Positions 1 to 11,073 are shown, counted from the stretch's first letter. The stretch: DNA of 64,000 bases from an uncultured Nitrososphaerales archaeon (GCA_963709405.1 CAVPXM010000063.1:196128-260127), one strand, 5' to 3'. Translations and numbers: made by a program. Notes: generated from the letters alone by a model not told the origin.

Positions 1-400
1 AGTTCTTTTTTGAGTACTAATTGTAAGTTATAGTTTCAAATTTGCCGAAGTTCTGATGTAAAATTCATTAGTCTAGTCTTTCATTATCAGTCTACGAATG
101 CCGATCGTGTTTCTATCTCTCCATCATTCAGCAGCATAAAATGGTAAATCTTGTATTTTGCCGCCACAATATGCGTTCTTAATCGTGTCATTTTGCTACA
201 AATGACTCATTTGGAGATAGATCGAGTTGCCTTTTAAATCCTAATTTATTAGCCTTATGAGCAACACGCAGTTATTGGATTTTCGTGTTATGCTAACAGA
301 ACGCATCTGTTACAGGTATGTCTACCATAGAAGTACGCGTACTAACTTAGATTTTCGAATATAGAATTATAGAATAGTTAGGTTACATATATTTTCGTAT

Positions 401-814
401 ATGCCTGAAGCAAAGAAAAGTTTAAGTAATAATTCCCATTTCCAGGACGCTGCTTCCTTACTACTCAGAGGGGGAAGCCTCATCGGGGAGTCTTGTCCGG
501 ATTGTTCTGGCGTTCAGATAAAATTTAAGGATAAAATCATTTGTGTAAATTGTGGGAAGAATCGATCAGCTGATAATGAAATAAAAACAAGACCCGATTT
601 ATCCAATATACAGGAATTAGAGAAGGAGGATTCCCCACCTTTATCAGACCTGTTGAAAATTGAAAACTTGATTAATAGCAGGATTGGCAGTCTTCTGATG
701 GACATGAAAAGCCTAGATGACCTATTAATTGAGAATCAAAGAGCTGATTTGATTGAGACTTATCTAAGGATCATCAAGAAAATCAGAAGGCTAAATGGGA
801 TTAAAGTGCCTTAA
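401..814 (+). CDS. Zn-ribbon protein, Sjogren's/scleroderma autoantigen p27 (UPF0148)-like
   Basis: LLLRGGSLIGESCPDC...CVNC: two CxxC motifs followed by a helical C-terminus. Confidence 0.75.
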   Translation: MPEAKKSLSNNSHFQDAASLLLRGGSLIGESCPDCSGVQIKFKDKIICVNCGKNRSADNEIKTRPDLSNIQELEKEDSPPLSDLLKIENLINSRIGSLLMDMKSLDDLLIENQRADLIETYLRIIKKIRRLNGIKVP

Positions 815-855
815 CTACAGAGATGGATCAAGGCAGTAATTGAAACATTTCGCGA

Positions 856-1146
856 CTATGTACTGTTAGTACTTGTGTGGTTATTGACGAGAGATCTAAG
901 AGAAGGTGGTGTTAGCAGCATTGTAGGGTCAGTCACGACAGGTTGTTTAGGAAGGTTGTATTGCTCTCTTAGTATTTTCTGTTGTTGTAGTTGAGTATCT
1001 GCCGAGAATGATGGTCCAATGTGCCCTATCCACACCCAAAGAATGATAACTAGTGCAAGTGAGATACCCATGACGAGAATCGACAAAGCTACGGTTGTCA
1101 TGTTTTTATAGCCATGACTTTCATGTTCTTCATGATGTGCACACAT
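856..1146 (-). CDS. Small single-pass membrane protein with His-rich N-terminus
   Basis: Likely ATG at 1146 (MCAHHEEHESHGY) followed by one hydrophobic helix. Confidence 0.65.
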   Translation of the reverse strand: MCAHHEEHESHGYKNMTTVALSILVMGISLALVIILWVWIGHIGPSFSADTQLQQQKILREQYNLPKQPVVTDPTMLLTPPSLRSLVNNHTSTNST

Positions 1147-1315
1147 TTTAGAAATAAAGTATTCACTTGCTATTAAAAATATTTGCATTCTTACCTCATC
1201 AGTAGCGCCAGGAAAAGAATAGAAGGATCCTATCCAATGAGTGGCATTTAGTAAAATTCTTCATTTTACCTATTGGAGTAAATTAAAATGAGTATAGAAC
1301 CTCAGTAATGGCGGC

Positions 1316-1786
1316 ATGATTAGAGATAGACTAGATTCACTTAACTTAAGCCTCCCTCGAGCTCCAATATCCTCAGGATTATATGCTCCTGTAGTTATAA
1401 GTGGCAAGCTCGTCTTCCTCTCTGGGCAACTACCAATTGAGCAGGGTACGAATTCAAGCAATGTTAAGTATAAGGGTAAAGTGGGTAAGGACATTTCAAT
1501 AGATGATGGCAAGAACGCAGCTCGACTTTGCACACTGAATGCCTTATCACAGTTAGAGGTAGCGTTAGGTAGCCTTGATAAAATCCATAAATTCCTAAGA
1601 GTTTCCGGGTTTGTTAATTGTGAGGCTTCATTTACTGAGCACTCAAAGGTAATGGATGCCGCTTCGGATCTTATTCTGCAGGTATTTGCGGAAAAAGGCA
1701 AGCACACTCGAATTGCACTAGGTATGAATAGTCTACCTTTGAATGGTGCAGTTGAAATTGATTATATATTAGAAAAAGAAGATTGA
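1316..1786 (+). CDS. RidA/YjgF/YER057c/UK114 family protein
   Basis: YAPVVISGKLVFLSGQLP, GKHTRIALG and LPLNGAVEID motifs. Confidence 0.9.
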   Translation: MIRDRLDSLNLSLPRAPISSGLYAPVVISGKLVFLSGQLPIEQGTNSSNVKYKGKVGKDISIDDGKNAARLCTLNALSQLEVALGSLDKIHKFLRVSGFVNCEASFTEHSKVMDAASDLILQVFAEKGKHTRIALGMNSLPLNGAVEIDYILEKED

Positions 1787-1962
1787 GTAATATATTATTG
1801 GATTTCGTAGTGTAGCCTGATGATAGTCATTAATATAGATGGTAGAAATATTCTATAATCGATTGCAATCGAGCTGAGAAATCCACCTTAAAACGACGAT
1901 TGCAAGTTCGCATAGAATCCAGTCCGGCTACTTTAGAAGCTATTTTGTGTGCAATTTAAAGC

Positions 1963-2088
1963 TCACTCTATGGCTCTAGTTACTTCATTAGCATGATTTT
2001 CATGATAATGCTTCTCTGCATCCCTTCTCGTCAGAAACTCCTTTCCACAGTCTTTACATCGGAATGTTCCAGCCTCATACTCAGTCAT
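1963..2088 (-). CDS. Small C2H2 zinc-finger protein (41 aa)
   Basis: FRCKDCGKEFLTRRDAEKHYHENH; ATG at 2088. Confidence 0.75.
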   Translation of the reverse strand: MTEYEAGTFRCKDCGKEFLTRRDAEKHYHENHANEVTRAIE

Positions 2089-2411
2089 TTTTGTAAATTT
2101 AGCTATGTACCTATATAAATAAATATGCGATGCCTTTATTTTCATCGGATCAATTTAAATTCGTAATTGAAGACTGGGAGTTAAGTATAGTTTATTTTTG
2201 TGGATCAATAAAAAAATGAAAAATAGAAAATAGAAAATATTCAATTAAATCAAATTTGCACTGGTTAGTCTAAATTTGATAATCTACAACCGATTAGAGT
2301 ATGAAGAATAATGACATTGAGGATTTCCGACTCTAAAACTGTAATATATGTCCAAATAATTCTAAATTCCAGCATTAAAGAATTAAGTAATCATGAGGTA
2401 ACCTGCACAAA

Positions 2412-2822
2412 TTATCCTTTTGACTTTTCATCATCAGCAAAGATTAGTTTCCGTTCCTGAACTAATGGTATTACTTTTTCTGTTAGAATCTCGTCAAAAT
2501 TCCTAATTTTACTATCTAGTGTAAGCAACAAAAAATAGTCATCATTAATATGAATTGTAACTCTACAAAGCTTTTCGTATTTTCCAAAGGCATATATTAG
2601 TTTGCCAATTTTTGACTGAAACTTAACCCGAGTCTTGTACCTCGTGACTGTAAGTGATGCATACTCTTCATTTTCCTCTTCTGACATCAATAGTTGGAGT
2701 CCTTCTCTATACTCGGCATTGATAAGTACGCCAAATTTATTGGCTATTCCGACCCATCTGATAGAATTATCAACAGACAATATCTCCTTACTGAAGGAAT
2801 ACAATAGTTCATAATTTATCAC
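2412..2822 (-). CDS. Roadblock/profilin-like nitrososphaerotal protein (DUF6659-like)
   Basis: ILSVDNSIRWVGIANKFG...REGLQLLMSEEE...IGKLIYAFGKYEK pattern of this expanded family. Confidence 0.65.
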   Translation of the reverse strand: MINYELLYSFSKEILSVDNSIRWVGIANKFGVLINAEYREGLQLLMSEEENEEYASLTVTRYKTRVKFQSKIGKLIYAFGKYEKLCRVTIHINDDYFLLLTLDSKIRNFDEILTEKVIPLVQERKLIFADDEKSKG

Positions 2823-3029
2823 AGGTTACAAGAATGCAAACAGGTTTAAAAATGTGTTTTCTACTCGATCTGGGCTAACAAGTCCAGATATTAAATAAAA
2901 TCAACAAAGTGGATATTGCGTCGAAGTCTTTTTTACAATACAAAAATCATCGAATTACAAAAACCTCCCATGCCCCCGTTAAACTAAAAATAAAATGTGG
3001 TGTGGCGGTAGTATGTTCTCTAGTTGTAA

Positions 3030-3452
3030 TTACGATACTACAACTTTTCCAATCATGGTTGGATGCAGCTGACAATAATACGGAAATTCTCCTGCCTTTG
3101 CGAATGTGTGAGAAAATTCTTTGCCTTTTGTTGTCAACGCGTTGGGCCCTGATAATGCTGAATCAAATTCTTTGCCTTTAGCAGAATCGTTGGGTCCTGA
3201 ACCAGAAGTCACTGTATGAAACATAGTGTCATCATTCTTCCATTTGACAGTATCTCCTGTCTTGATATTGATTGGATTTGGCGAGTAAGCTTTGTCAGCC
3301 AATGTCGAAGCTCCACTTACTATTGAAGCTTCTTTTTCCTCAGCCGCAAACACATGAGGCATACCTAAATTTCGAGTCCCAGAAACTGTCACAGCTAGTC
3401 CCACGAGTCCTGCAACTATTGTGACTATCGTCAACGCGCTCTTTATATTCAT
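3030..3452 (-). CDS. Secreted plastocyanin/cupredoxin (type-1 copper) protein
   Basis: Signal peptide; HTVTSG and YYCQLHPTM copper ligands. Confidence 0.92.
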   Translation of the reverse strand: MNIKSALTIVTIVAGLVGLAVTVSGTRNLGMPHVFAAEEKEASIVSGASTLADKAYSPNPINIKTGDTVKWKNDDTMFHTVTSGSGPNDSAKGKEFDSALSGPNALTTKGKEFSHTFAKAGEFPYYCQLHPTMIGKVVVS

Positions 3453-3716
3453 GTTGGAGTGTTTATAATGATATATTTTATAAGTAGTTTGCGTTTAGAA
3501 ACAAACACGACTTCTTGACTTTAATTTTTAAAATGATTTCATTTACCAGACTCCCGTGATGATTTTTGATACTTCGCTCCAGGTACACTTACTCTCCTTT
3601 TATAGAACAATTGCTATTACTCTATGTCAGCAAAAACTATGATCGCAATGATTAAGATTGTTCTATCGTCCACAATCTTGCCTATTCAATTTCTTGTGTA
3701 GGCACTTCTATTATTG

Positions 3717-5216
3717 TCATGAGGCTTTCTTCATTACTCGAGTAATGCACTTTATTGCCTTATTCAACAAGTCGAGCCTGGCAAATTCGTTGGGAGAATG
3801 AATCCTTGAATAAACATATGTGCAACCAATAGATATGCAAGGCGAATTTAATATCTCATAAAATGGATACATTGGTCCAGTTCCTGCAGAGGAGACACTT
3901 AGCACCGCATCTCCAAATATTTCTGTGGCAGAGTCCCGGATATGCTTGACAAAATGATTATTTGGATCAGTTCTGGCCGCCCGCTCACCATGAATAAAAC
4001 TTGTTGAAATAACCTCTTTAAACCCAAATTCATCCAGATGGTGAACAAGTCTATCAAATTGAACCCTAGGATCCATGTCAGGCACCAACCTAAAGTCCAG
4101 CTTAGCAGTCGCCTTTTCAGGCACGATATTGCTAGGTACGTTTCCTGCATATCCTGCCACTAGTCCTGCCAGATTACATGTTGCCTGACCGACCAAGGCT
4201 TTGCGAGCTTCCACTCCTTTCGTGTCATTCAGGAATCTGTCAATGCCGTAATGATTCTTAAAATCCTGCTCGTCAAATGGCTCAGCTGATATCAAATGCT
4301 CCTCCTGTTCCGTAAACTGTTTAGCTTCCTTATACCAATCCTTTACCAGAACTTTTCCAGTCTCATCTCTGATACTATTAAGTGCTCTAACGAGTAGCCA
4401 AGCTGGGTTTTCAAGAAGAGCTGCCAAACTAGAGTGAGCATCTCGAGACAAGGTCCTACAGGACATCTCCACGTAAAGCAGGCCCTTCATCCCTAGACTT
4501 ACAATCGGTATACCCTTTTCATTTATGTAGCCAAATTCCCATATAACGCAATCACAAGCCAGTTTTTGTCTGTACCTTGAAATGTATTGTTCGATATGAT
4601 TGCTTCCGATCTCTTCCTCACCTTCGACAATAAATTTTATATTGCACGGTACATCTCCAGTTTTTCTCAGGTAAAATTCTACAGCTTTAATACGAGTAAT
4701 TAACTCGCCTTTATCGTCTGAGGAACCTCGCCCAAAAATATAGTTGCCATCAACTTTACCGCTAAATGGACCTGCCTTATCCCATAAATCTACTGGTTCT
4801 TCAGGCTGAACGTCATAATGGTTGTAGAACAGTAGGGTTTTCGCTTGAGGGTTAGACCTCGATCTAACTTCTCCGTATACTATAGGTGGCACGTTGTCAA
4901 AAACAGGTCGTTGTCCTACCGTCTTTTGGTATGTTGTACAATTTTTCGAAGGCGCAGTGGCGGAATTGCTATTATTTCTCTCTGGCAATGGATTCGTTTC
5001 TGCCAGCTTATATTTTTCAAGGTATAACACATCTGCATTTATGCCCGCCTTACGCATAATATCGCATACTAGACGGGCGCATTCTTCGAGACCTTCGTGC
5101 CGTGCAGATACGCTTGGCTGTTTAATCAGCTGCTGCAAATCTAGGATAACTTCATTCATATGGGAATCAATAAAAGTGTCAAGTTCTTGATCAAATACGT
5201 CTACGTCTGACGACAT
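3717..5216 (-). CDS. M20 family metallopeptidase/amidohydrolase (ArgE/DapE-like)
   Basis: YNHYDVQP, GRGSSDDKG, EGEEEIGS, IHSPNE; probable start 5216 (the longer ORF overlaps Hsp20). Confidence 0.92.
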   Translation of the reverse strand: MSSDVDVFDQELDTFIDSHMNEVILDLQQLIKQPSVSARHEGLEECARLVCDIMRKAGINADVLYLEKYKLAETNPLPERNNSNSATAPSKNCTTYQKTVGQRPVFDNVPPIVYGEVRSRSNPQAKTLLFYNHYDVQPEEPVDLWDKAGPFSGKVDGNYIFGRGSSDDKGELITRIKAVEFYLRKTGDVPCNIKFIVEGEEEIGSNHIEQYISRYRQKLACDCVIWEFGYINEKGIPIVSLGMKGLLYVEMSCRTLSRDAHSSLAALLENPAWLLVRALNSIRDETGKVLVKDWYKEAKQFTEQEEHLISAEPFDEQDFKNHYGIDRFLNDTKGVEARKALVGQATCNLAGLVAGYAGNVPSNIVPEKATAKLDFRLVPDMDPRVQFDRLVHHLDEFGFKEVISTSFIHGERAARTDPNNHFVKHIRDSATEIFGDAVLSVSSAGTGPMYPFYEILNSPCISIGCTYVYSRIHSPNEFARLDLLNKAIKCITRVMKKAS

Positions 5217-5320
5217 TTTAATCCCATTGTCTTCTTTCTGTTTTAACTGTTTAGATTTCCTTTTTGATATTTGAGTTTTATTGAGAAAGGATTTATATCC
5301 AAAAGAAGGTCTTGATCTAT

Positions 5321-5707
5321 ATGGGCATTGCGCAATATATGGCAAAAGAGATGATGAAGGAAATAGGTAATAGGTCTAGGGAATTTTACGAATTTGTTTT
5401 GCCAGCTATAGATATGTATGAAGACGGGAACGATTTGGTAGTTTTGATTGATTTGCCAGGCTTTGCAAAAAATGACATTAAATTGAGGATCGTAAAAAAT
5501 ATGCTTTCTATTAGTGCAAAAAGAGATGTTGAGGAGCCAGTAGGAACGGTCTATTATAAACATAGACCCTCTCACATAAATAAGAAGGTTGTATTGCCCA
5601 TATCTTTAGAAGATGGTGATGAGGCTACTGGCATGGCAAAATATCTGGACGGTGTAGTAAGCTTGAGAATTCCCATGCCAAAATCAAGTATTATTCCCGT
5701 AAGCTAA
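5321..5707 (+). CDS. Small heat-shock protein (Hsp20/alpha-crystallin)
   Basis: PAIDMYEDGNDLVVLIDLPG...AKYLDGVVSLRIP. Confidence 0.92.
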   Translation: MGIAQYMAKEMMKEIGNRSREFYEFVLPAIDMYEDGNDLVVLIDLPGFAKNDIKLRIVKNMLSISAKRDVEEPVGTVYYKHRPSHINKKVVLPISLEDGDEATGMAKYLDGVVSLRIPMPKSSIIPVS

Positions 5708-7348
5708 TTAGAATCTTTTTTTAAGCTGCAGAATCAAGGAACTAGCATATACAAATAACGAGGCAATAATCCCGGAATAACCAATGACTGGGTGAGTTGA
5801 TAAGATAATTGCAGATCCAAAGAAGAGAGCTGATGCAAAGATAGCTGGTCCTAAGAGGGCATAACTCTTCTGTGAACTTGTCCTATCGGGTACTTGATGT
5901 TGCTCGAGATATGACTTCACAATTGGTGCCATAGTAGAATATGTTTCGATCCCTTTTGCAAATCTTTTCAAATAGTCCTTAGCTTCTTCCATATACGCCT
6001 CTTTAAGAAGGCCCTCTTCTTCAAACAGATTGGCAAGAACCTTAACAAAATAAAATTTAATCTTATGATGTTGGTAAATCCCCTCGAGGATCGAACCCAT
6101 ACGTATGTATAATGCGAGATTCTTAGGCAATCTGAAAGGAAACCTTGTTAAAGTTTTATTGGATAATTCCATCAGAGCGTTGACCTGCATTCTGTCAACC
6201 TGTTTCCCATGGATTGATCTAATACTCAGATCAAGTGCCCTCTCAACGATATAGCGATTCACATTAGGTTCCAAAGTATCTAGCTCTACTAAAACGTTGA
6301 CTGCCCGCGCAGCATCTTTTTCTATCAGGCTAAGATACAATCTTATGAGTTTTAGACGCGTCTCGGCGTCTAATCTGCCCACCATTCCAAAATCATAGAG
6401 GATCAGTTCCCCATTTTCTCCGACTGAAATATTACCGGGATGCGGATCTGCATGGAAGATACTGTGACGGAGTAACATCTTAAAAAAGACGTGGTGAACC
6501 TTAACAATTAACTTCTCTCGATCAATGCCCATTGCGTCCAATGAATCGATGTCGGTAATCTTTATGCCCGGCATGTATTCCATAGTTATTACATGTTTTG
6601 AAGTCAGTTCAGATATGACATTTGGAATAATTATTGACCTATCGCCTCGTAAATTGTGCTTTATAGTAGCCAGATTCTGTGCCTCGACCCTATAATCCAT
6701 TTCCTCATTTATTGTCTCGATAAATTGTGCAAGCATAGCGTCAAAAGAGAATCGTAGATTAGGATCAATGAATCGACTAGCAAGTGGCAAAATCCTTTTT
6801 AAAATGTAAATATCCTTTCCGACCGTCTCCTCAATCTCAGGTCTAGTAACTTTTACTATTACTTGTTTTCCTTTATATTTTGCCAAATGTACTTGCCCTA
6901 GACTTGCTCCTGAAAGAGCTGAGGTAGTGAATTGTTCATATCTGGTCTCGATAGTTCCCAAGTCCGCTTCTATAATTGGCTTAACCTTAGAAAATTCAAC
7001 AGGTGGGACTTCATCTTGTAATTTTGATAAGATCTCTAGATACGGTTGGGGTAAAATGTCAGCTCTAGTTGAAAGCCATTGTCCTAATTTGATATAGGAT
7101 GGGCCAAGATCAATGAAGGTTTTGAGTGCTCGGCGTGCGTGTCTGATGTATTTCTGTTCATCAATGTCCTTTCCTTGTGTTTTGACCCATTCTCGTCTGT
7201 CCTTTCTAAAACTAATAATGACTGGTAATAGTCTCAAAATGACTGTCAAAATGTAAAATTTCGAAACCTTTCGTTCAATACCTATGTCGGGTCTATCATT
7301 TATGCGATTTTGAATTAACCCACTTTTAGATGAACTTTTTTTGCCCAT
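5708..7348 (-). CDS. ABC1/AarF/UbiB family atypical kinase
   Basis: LGPSYIKLGQ, GASLGQVH, FHADPHPGN, YDFGM; C-terminal TM helices. Confidence 0.93.
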   Translation of the reverse strand: MGKKSSSKSGLIQNRINDRPDIGIERKVSKFYILTVILRLLPVIISFRKDRREWVKTQGKDIDEQKYIRHARRALKTFIDLGPSYIKLGQWLSTRADILPQPYLEILSKLQDEVPPVEFSKVKPIIEADLGTIETRYEQFTTSALSGASLGQVHLAKYKGKQVIVKVTRPEIEETVGKDIYILKRILPLASRFIDPNLRFSFDAMLAQFIETINEEMDYRVEAQNLATIKHNLRGDRSIIIPNVISELTSKHVITMEYMPGIKITDIDSLDAMGIDREKLIVKVHHVFFKMLLRHSIFHADPHPGNISVGENGELILYDFGMVGRLDAETRLKLIRLYLSLIEKDAARAVNVLVELDTLEPNVNRYIVERALDLSIRSIHGKQVDRMQVNALMELSNKTLTRFPFRLPKNLALYIRMGSILEGIYQHHKIKFYFVKVLANLFEEEGLLKEAYMEEAKDYLKRFAKGIETYSTMAPIVKSYLEQHQVPDRTSSQKSYALLGPAIFASALFFGSAIILSTHPVIGYSGIIASLFVYASSLILQLKKRF

Positions 7349-7430
7349 TAGAAATCAGTCTGAAAATAAGAATTATAAATTATGTTCTAGGCTGTTGCAC
7401 ATAGATGAAACATAGGTCATCTTAGTTTGT

Positions 7431-7730
7431 TCATTCTGAATCAAAATTGTGAATTAGATTTTTAGCGGCCTTAAAACAAGAAGCAGCGATTGCAATAGTA
7501 GCCAAATATTCTGGCGCGTCCACAACCAAGTGGCCAATTGGATCCTTCCTGGGATCTATCTTATCCATATGGACGGCATAGTAATCTAAATACTCCCTGA
7601 TATGCAAATTTTTATATCGATATTGCTTTAACGCTTGTTTGCGATTACCTAGGGAGGTCTCGTCATATTCCACAATTGGCCTAACCGTTCTAGGTACTAA
7701 AATACTTCCATCTTCATCAACGAAATCCAC
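7431..7730 (-). CDS. Conserved archaeal hypothetical protein
   Basis: QYRYKNLHIREY...HMDKIDPRKDPIGHLVVDAPE. Confidence 0.65.
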   Translation of the reverse strand: MDFVDEDGSILVPRTVRPIVEYDETSLGNRKQALKQYRYKNLHIREYLDYYAVHMDKIDPRKDPIGHLVVDAPEYLATIAIAASCFKAAKNLIHNFDSE

Positions 7731-8134
7731 AACGAAAAAAGGAACATGACTGAATATAAAATTAACCGTTCACGTTAGGTTGATGCTCGGATATGTAGAT
7801 TGGCTAGCGAATGAGCAGAATAGGGATACAATTTTCAATCGCTTTGCTGTCTTAATCTCTATTGGAAAGCAATTGCATGCCTATGCCAAAACTGACACGA
7901 AACGTACCCATCTTCATAGCCTAACTAGTTTTGCCCAGGGAGAATCAATTAGGACATACGCAACGATTTCTATGGTCTGGGTATGGTATATTCTGGAATC
8001 ATAATTCGGGTATTCGGGTTATGAAAGTCGTAATATGAAAGTATGAGTTAGTGGTTATTAGTTGTGTGGATAGTTCACCTTAATCATTATTCAGAAAGCC
8101 AAAAATATACAAATTGTGCATACGTTAGTCTTAC

Positions 8135-8689
8135 ATGACTTTTCGAGGCATGAGCCACGATCTATCCGAAAAAATTAGCATATTGGAATCAAAGATAGTG
8201 TATTCTGGCGATGTTTGTGTAAGACTTGATAAATTACTCTTTGATCAAAAAATAATTAATGCGGAAATAGTAGATCACTCGCCGTCAGTTGGCATAATTC
8301 CTGTTACCGATGATAATGACATATTTTTAGTATTACAATATCGTCATGCAATAGGCAGAAACCTGTTAGAAATTCCTGCTGGAAAAATTGAAAAGGGCGA
8401 ATCGCCGGAACAGGCAGCCATTAGGGAGATGAAAGAAGAGATCGGGTATACTGGAAATGTATATCCCTTTATTCAGCTCTGTCTGGCACCTGGCTATGAT
8501 ACGGAACGGATGTACATATTTGTCGCAAGGGATCTAAAGATTGAATACGCAGTTCATGACGACGATGAAAAAATCATCGTAAAAAGGCTAAAGTTTGCTG
8601 ATGCTGTCGAAAAATCCTTGAACGGGGAGATCGTAGATTCTAAAACTATAGCTTCGATACTCGCTTATAGGGCGCGCTATCCTAGTTGA
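8135..8689 (+). CDS. NUDIX hydrolase (ADP-ribose pyrophosphatase-like)
   Basis: Nudix box GKIEKGESPEQAAIREMKEEIG; QYRH; D-x-KT. Confidence 0.92.
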   Translation: MTFRGMSHDLSEKISILESKIVYSGDVCVRLDKLLFDQKIINAEIVDHSPSVGIIPVTDDNDIFLVLQYRHAIGRNLLEIPAGKIEKGESPEQAAIREMKEEIGYTGNVYPFIQLCLAPGYDTERMYIFVARDLKIEYAVHDDDEKIIVKRLKFADAVEKSLNGEIVDSKTIASILAYRARYPS

Positions 8690-8885
8690 GCCTGATACAA
8701 AAAGCACTCTTACCTTGTTGTTAGGGAGATTCTGATCTGAGTTTGACAACCAGTGACAGAGCATTCCTATGCGATTCGAATGTCATAAACTATCGCTAAC
8801 ATAGCATTCTCTATGTGAGTGGCATAGTTCCAAATTTGGATTGTCAGAAAAATAGAATGACCTATAATAATCATTTCAATTCTGC

Positions 8886-9617
8886 TTACGGCCTAGGGCT
8901 GTGCTTATGCATATGCATCTGCATAGTTGATTCCGAGTACGCGCTCAGCGCATCTGCGTTTTCAATGAACTCATCTGTATTTCCATGAAAAAACATCTTA
9001 CGATTGAGACAGGCTACTTTGTTTGCAAGTTTTAGCACAGAGTCTAGATCGTGAGAAGCCCAAACAATTGTAATCTTATTGTCAAGGTTCAGTTTCTCAA
9101 GCAGATGATGAAACTTATTCTGGGCTTCTTGATCTATTCCCGTTGCAGGTTCATCTAATATCAACAATCTTGGGTTGTTAACGAATGCCTTTGCAATAAG
9201 TGTTCTCTGTTGTTGTCCTCCAGACAATTCACCTATTCGTCTATTTCTCTGACCATACAAGTCAACCAGCGTAAGTGCTGAAATTATTCTCTCTTTTGAT
9301 GAAGGCCCGGAAACACCCAAAGAAATAATTTCCTCTACGGTTGCTGGGAAGCTAGTTTCGATCGCTCTTTTTTGTTGTATATAACCTACATTTTTTAACA
9401 TTTTTTTACTTTTTCGGATATCTTCTCCAAATATTTTAATACTCCCATCATAGTCATGTAATAATCCTAACATAGATGAAAATAAAGTGGTTTTCCCTGC
9501 TCCATTTGGACCAATTAGTCCCAAGATATCTCCCTCTTCGACTATAAATGAGATATCTTCTAAAACGCTATTTGATCCAAATCTGTACGACAGATTTTTA
9601 ACCTCTATTGCATTCAA
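8886..9617 (-). CDS. Metal (Zn/Mn) ABC transporter ATP-binding subunit
   Basis: GPNGAGKTT, LSGGQQQR, LDEP, SHD; His-rich C-terminus. Confidence 0.9.
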   Translation of the reverse strand: MNAIEVKNLSYRFGSNSVLEDISFIVEEGDILGLIGPNGAGKTTLFSSMLGLLHDYDGSIKIFGEDIRKSKKMLKNVGYIQQKRAIETSFPATVEEIISLGVSGPSSKERIISALTLVDLYGQRNRRIGELSGGQQQRTLIAKAFVNNPRLLILDEPATGIDQEAQNKFHHLLEKLNLDNKITIVWASHDLDSVLKLANKVACLNRKMFFHGNTDEFIENADALSAYSESTMQMHMHKHSPRP

Positions 9618-10096
9618 ATCAATTTCTCCCTTAGATTTACGTGCATGACTGTTATGGAGGGTTGGCTGCGTGATTCAGTACGTTGGCACGCCTTACCAGC
9701 ATACAGCCTCACCACGGATTCAAACAATGCTATACATGGATATAGACAATGATAATGATATATACCTATATGGGTCAAACATTTGATTTCGAAAGGGAAA
9801 TATGGACATTAGGATCGGTCGACTTCACATCATCTTCCACATTACGTTCGAGAAATTACCGACATACTAAGCAACCTATCTGGTCTTACTCCTAATCTTT
9901 TCTTAATTTACTTTAATAACTCGTGTCCGGATATGATATGGCAAGTAGATTGTGTGACCAATTACTGAGAAAATTTCTCGAATAACGAAAGAATCGAACC
10001 GAATCGCCTGTTAGGGAACGTAGGATTTGGTTCGGAACTGCCACTAATGCCAAACTTGGTATACAGTTATGTCTAGGCTAATGAAGAGACAAGTGT

Positions 10097-10897
10097 TTGA
10101 TATTTATAGGATTGGCAAGATTCAATAGTTTGTTGCGTATTAAGAAATTTTTGTCTTCATTACCGCAATCGGTGCTTAAAGGCGATGATATTACTATTCC
10201 TTGTGGACCTGTAAGAAGACTATTTGAATTTGCTGGCCTCAGAAATACGGATGTCTTCTACCACTTAGGATGTGGAACAAGCGAGAGTGTTTCGATAGCC
10301 CGTAAGGAATTTAAGGTTAAGAAATCGATAGGCCTTGAGATTAATAAAAAAACAGCAATGCTCGCTCAGGAAAAGCTCAGAGGTCTCCAAAATGCTCAAA
10401 TAATAAACGAAGATTTCAGAAGGCACAATTTGTCAGATGCAACTGTTATCTTCTTTTGGTTCACTAGTGATAGATTGATCAAACAATTGATAAGAAAATT
10501 TGAGAGTGAACTTAAAAATGGGGCTCGCTTGATAACTATTTGGTCTCCACCTGATCTAATGATTCCCTCAAAAATCGAATTTCCTTTTATGTTATGTCGT
10601 AAGCCATTCATATACGCACGTGACATGACCGAACAAATCACTGCAATATGTGGAAGTCCATGCATAGACTTTACTAGATCGTGGCTTCTCGCAGAAAAGT
10701 ATATCCGTAATCTTGAATCAGTCGAGGAGAGGTATCAAAGATTTGTAAATATATTCCAAAGTATGGTAATTTGGATAAATGCATGGAATACAGGCATTGC
10801 ATGTGAGGACGAAATTCCGCCTCCTGTAGAATCATATATAGGAATATTGAAGGCTTTTTACAATATCGACCTTTCTAGCATGATCACAAAGAAGTGA
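10097..10897 (+). CDS. SAM-dependent methyltransferase-fold protein with an extra C-terminal domain
   Basis: DVFYHLGCG, IGLEI, DATVIFFW, ELKNGARLI. Confidence 0.75.
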   Translation: MIFIGLARFNSLLRIKKFLSSLPQSVLKGDDITIPCGPVRRLFEFAGLRNTDVFYHLGCGTSESVSIARKEFKVKKSIGLEINKKTAMLAQEKLRGLQNAQIINEDFRRHNLSDATVIFFWFTSDRLIKQLIRKFESELKNGARLITIWSPPDLMIPSKIEFPFMLCRKPFIYARDMTEQITAICGSPCIDFTRSWLLAEKYIRNLESVEERYQRFVNIFQSMVIWINAWNTGIACEDEIPPPVESYIGILKAFYNIDLSSMITKK

Positions 10898-11073
10898 TTA
10901 GTTTGTTTTGACTAAAGATTATTCAACAAGAAATTTTTGTTAGGCGTGGCATCCTTGTCTAGAGTAGATCAACTACATATTGCATTTCAATATTCAAAAA
11001 ACCAATATTACTCACCAGCTAAACAACCAGATGGTATTCAATAAAATAAAAATAAAGGACGGATTCGAGGCAA

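Noticed and set aside
7780-8004. 74-aa plus-strand ORF, and similar short antisense ORFs inside housekeeping genes
   Set aside because: No motifs or protein-like signal; the antisense ORFs are explained by the well-supported opposite-strand genes
9745-9763. Fur/Zur-like box GACAATGATAATGATATAT upstream of the metal ABC ATPase
   Set aside because: About 13/19 match, not palindromic, in AT-rich DNA; chance is plausible
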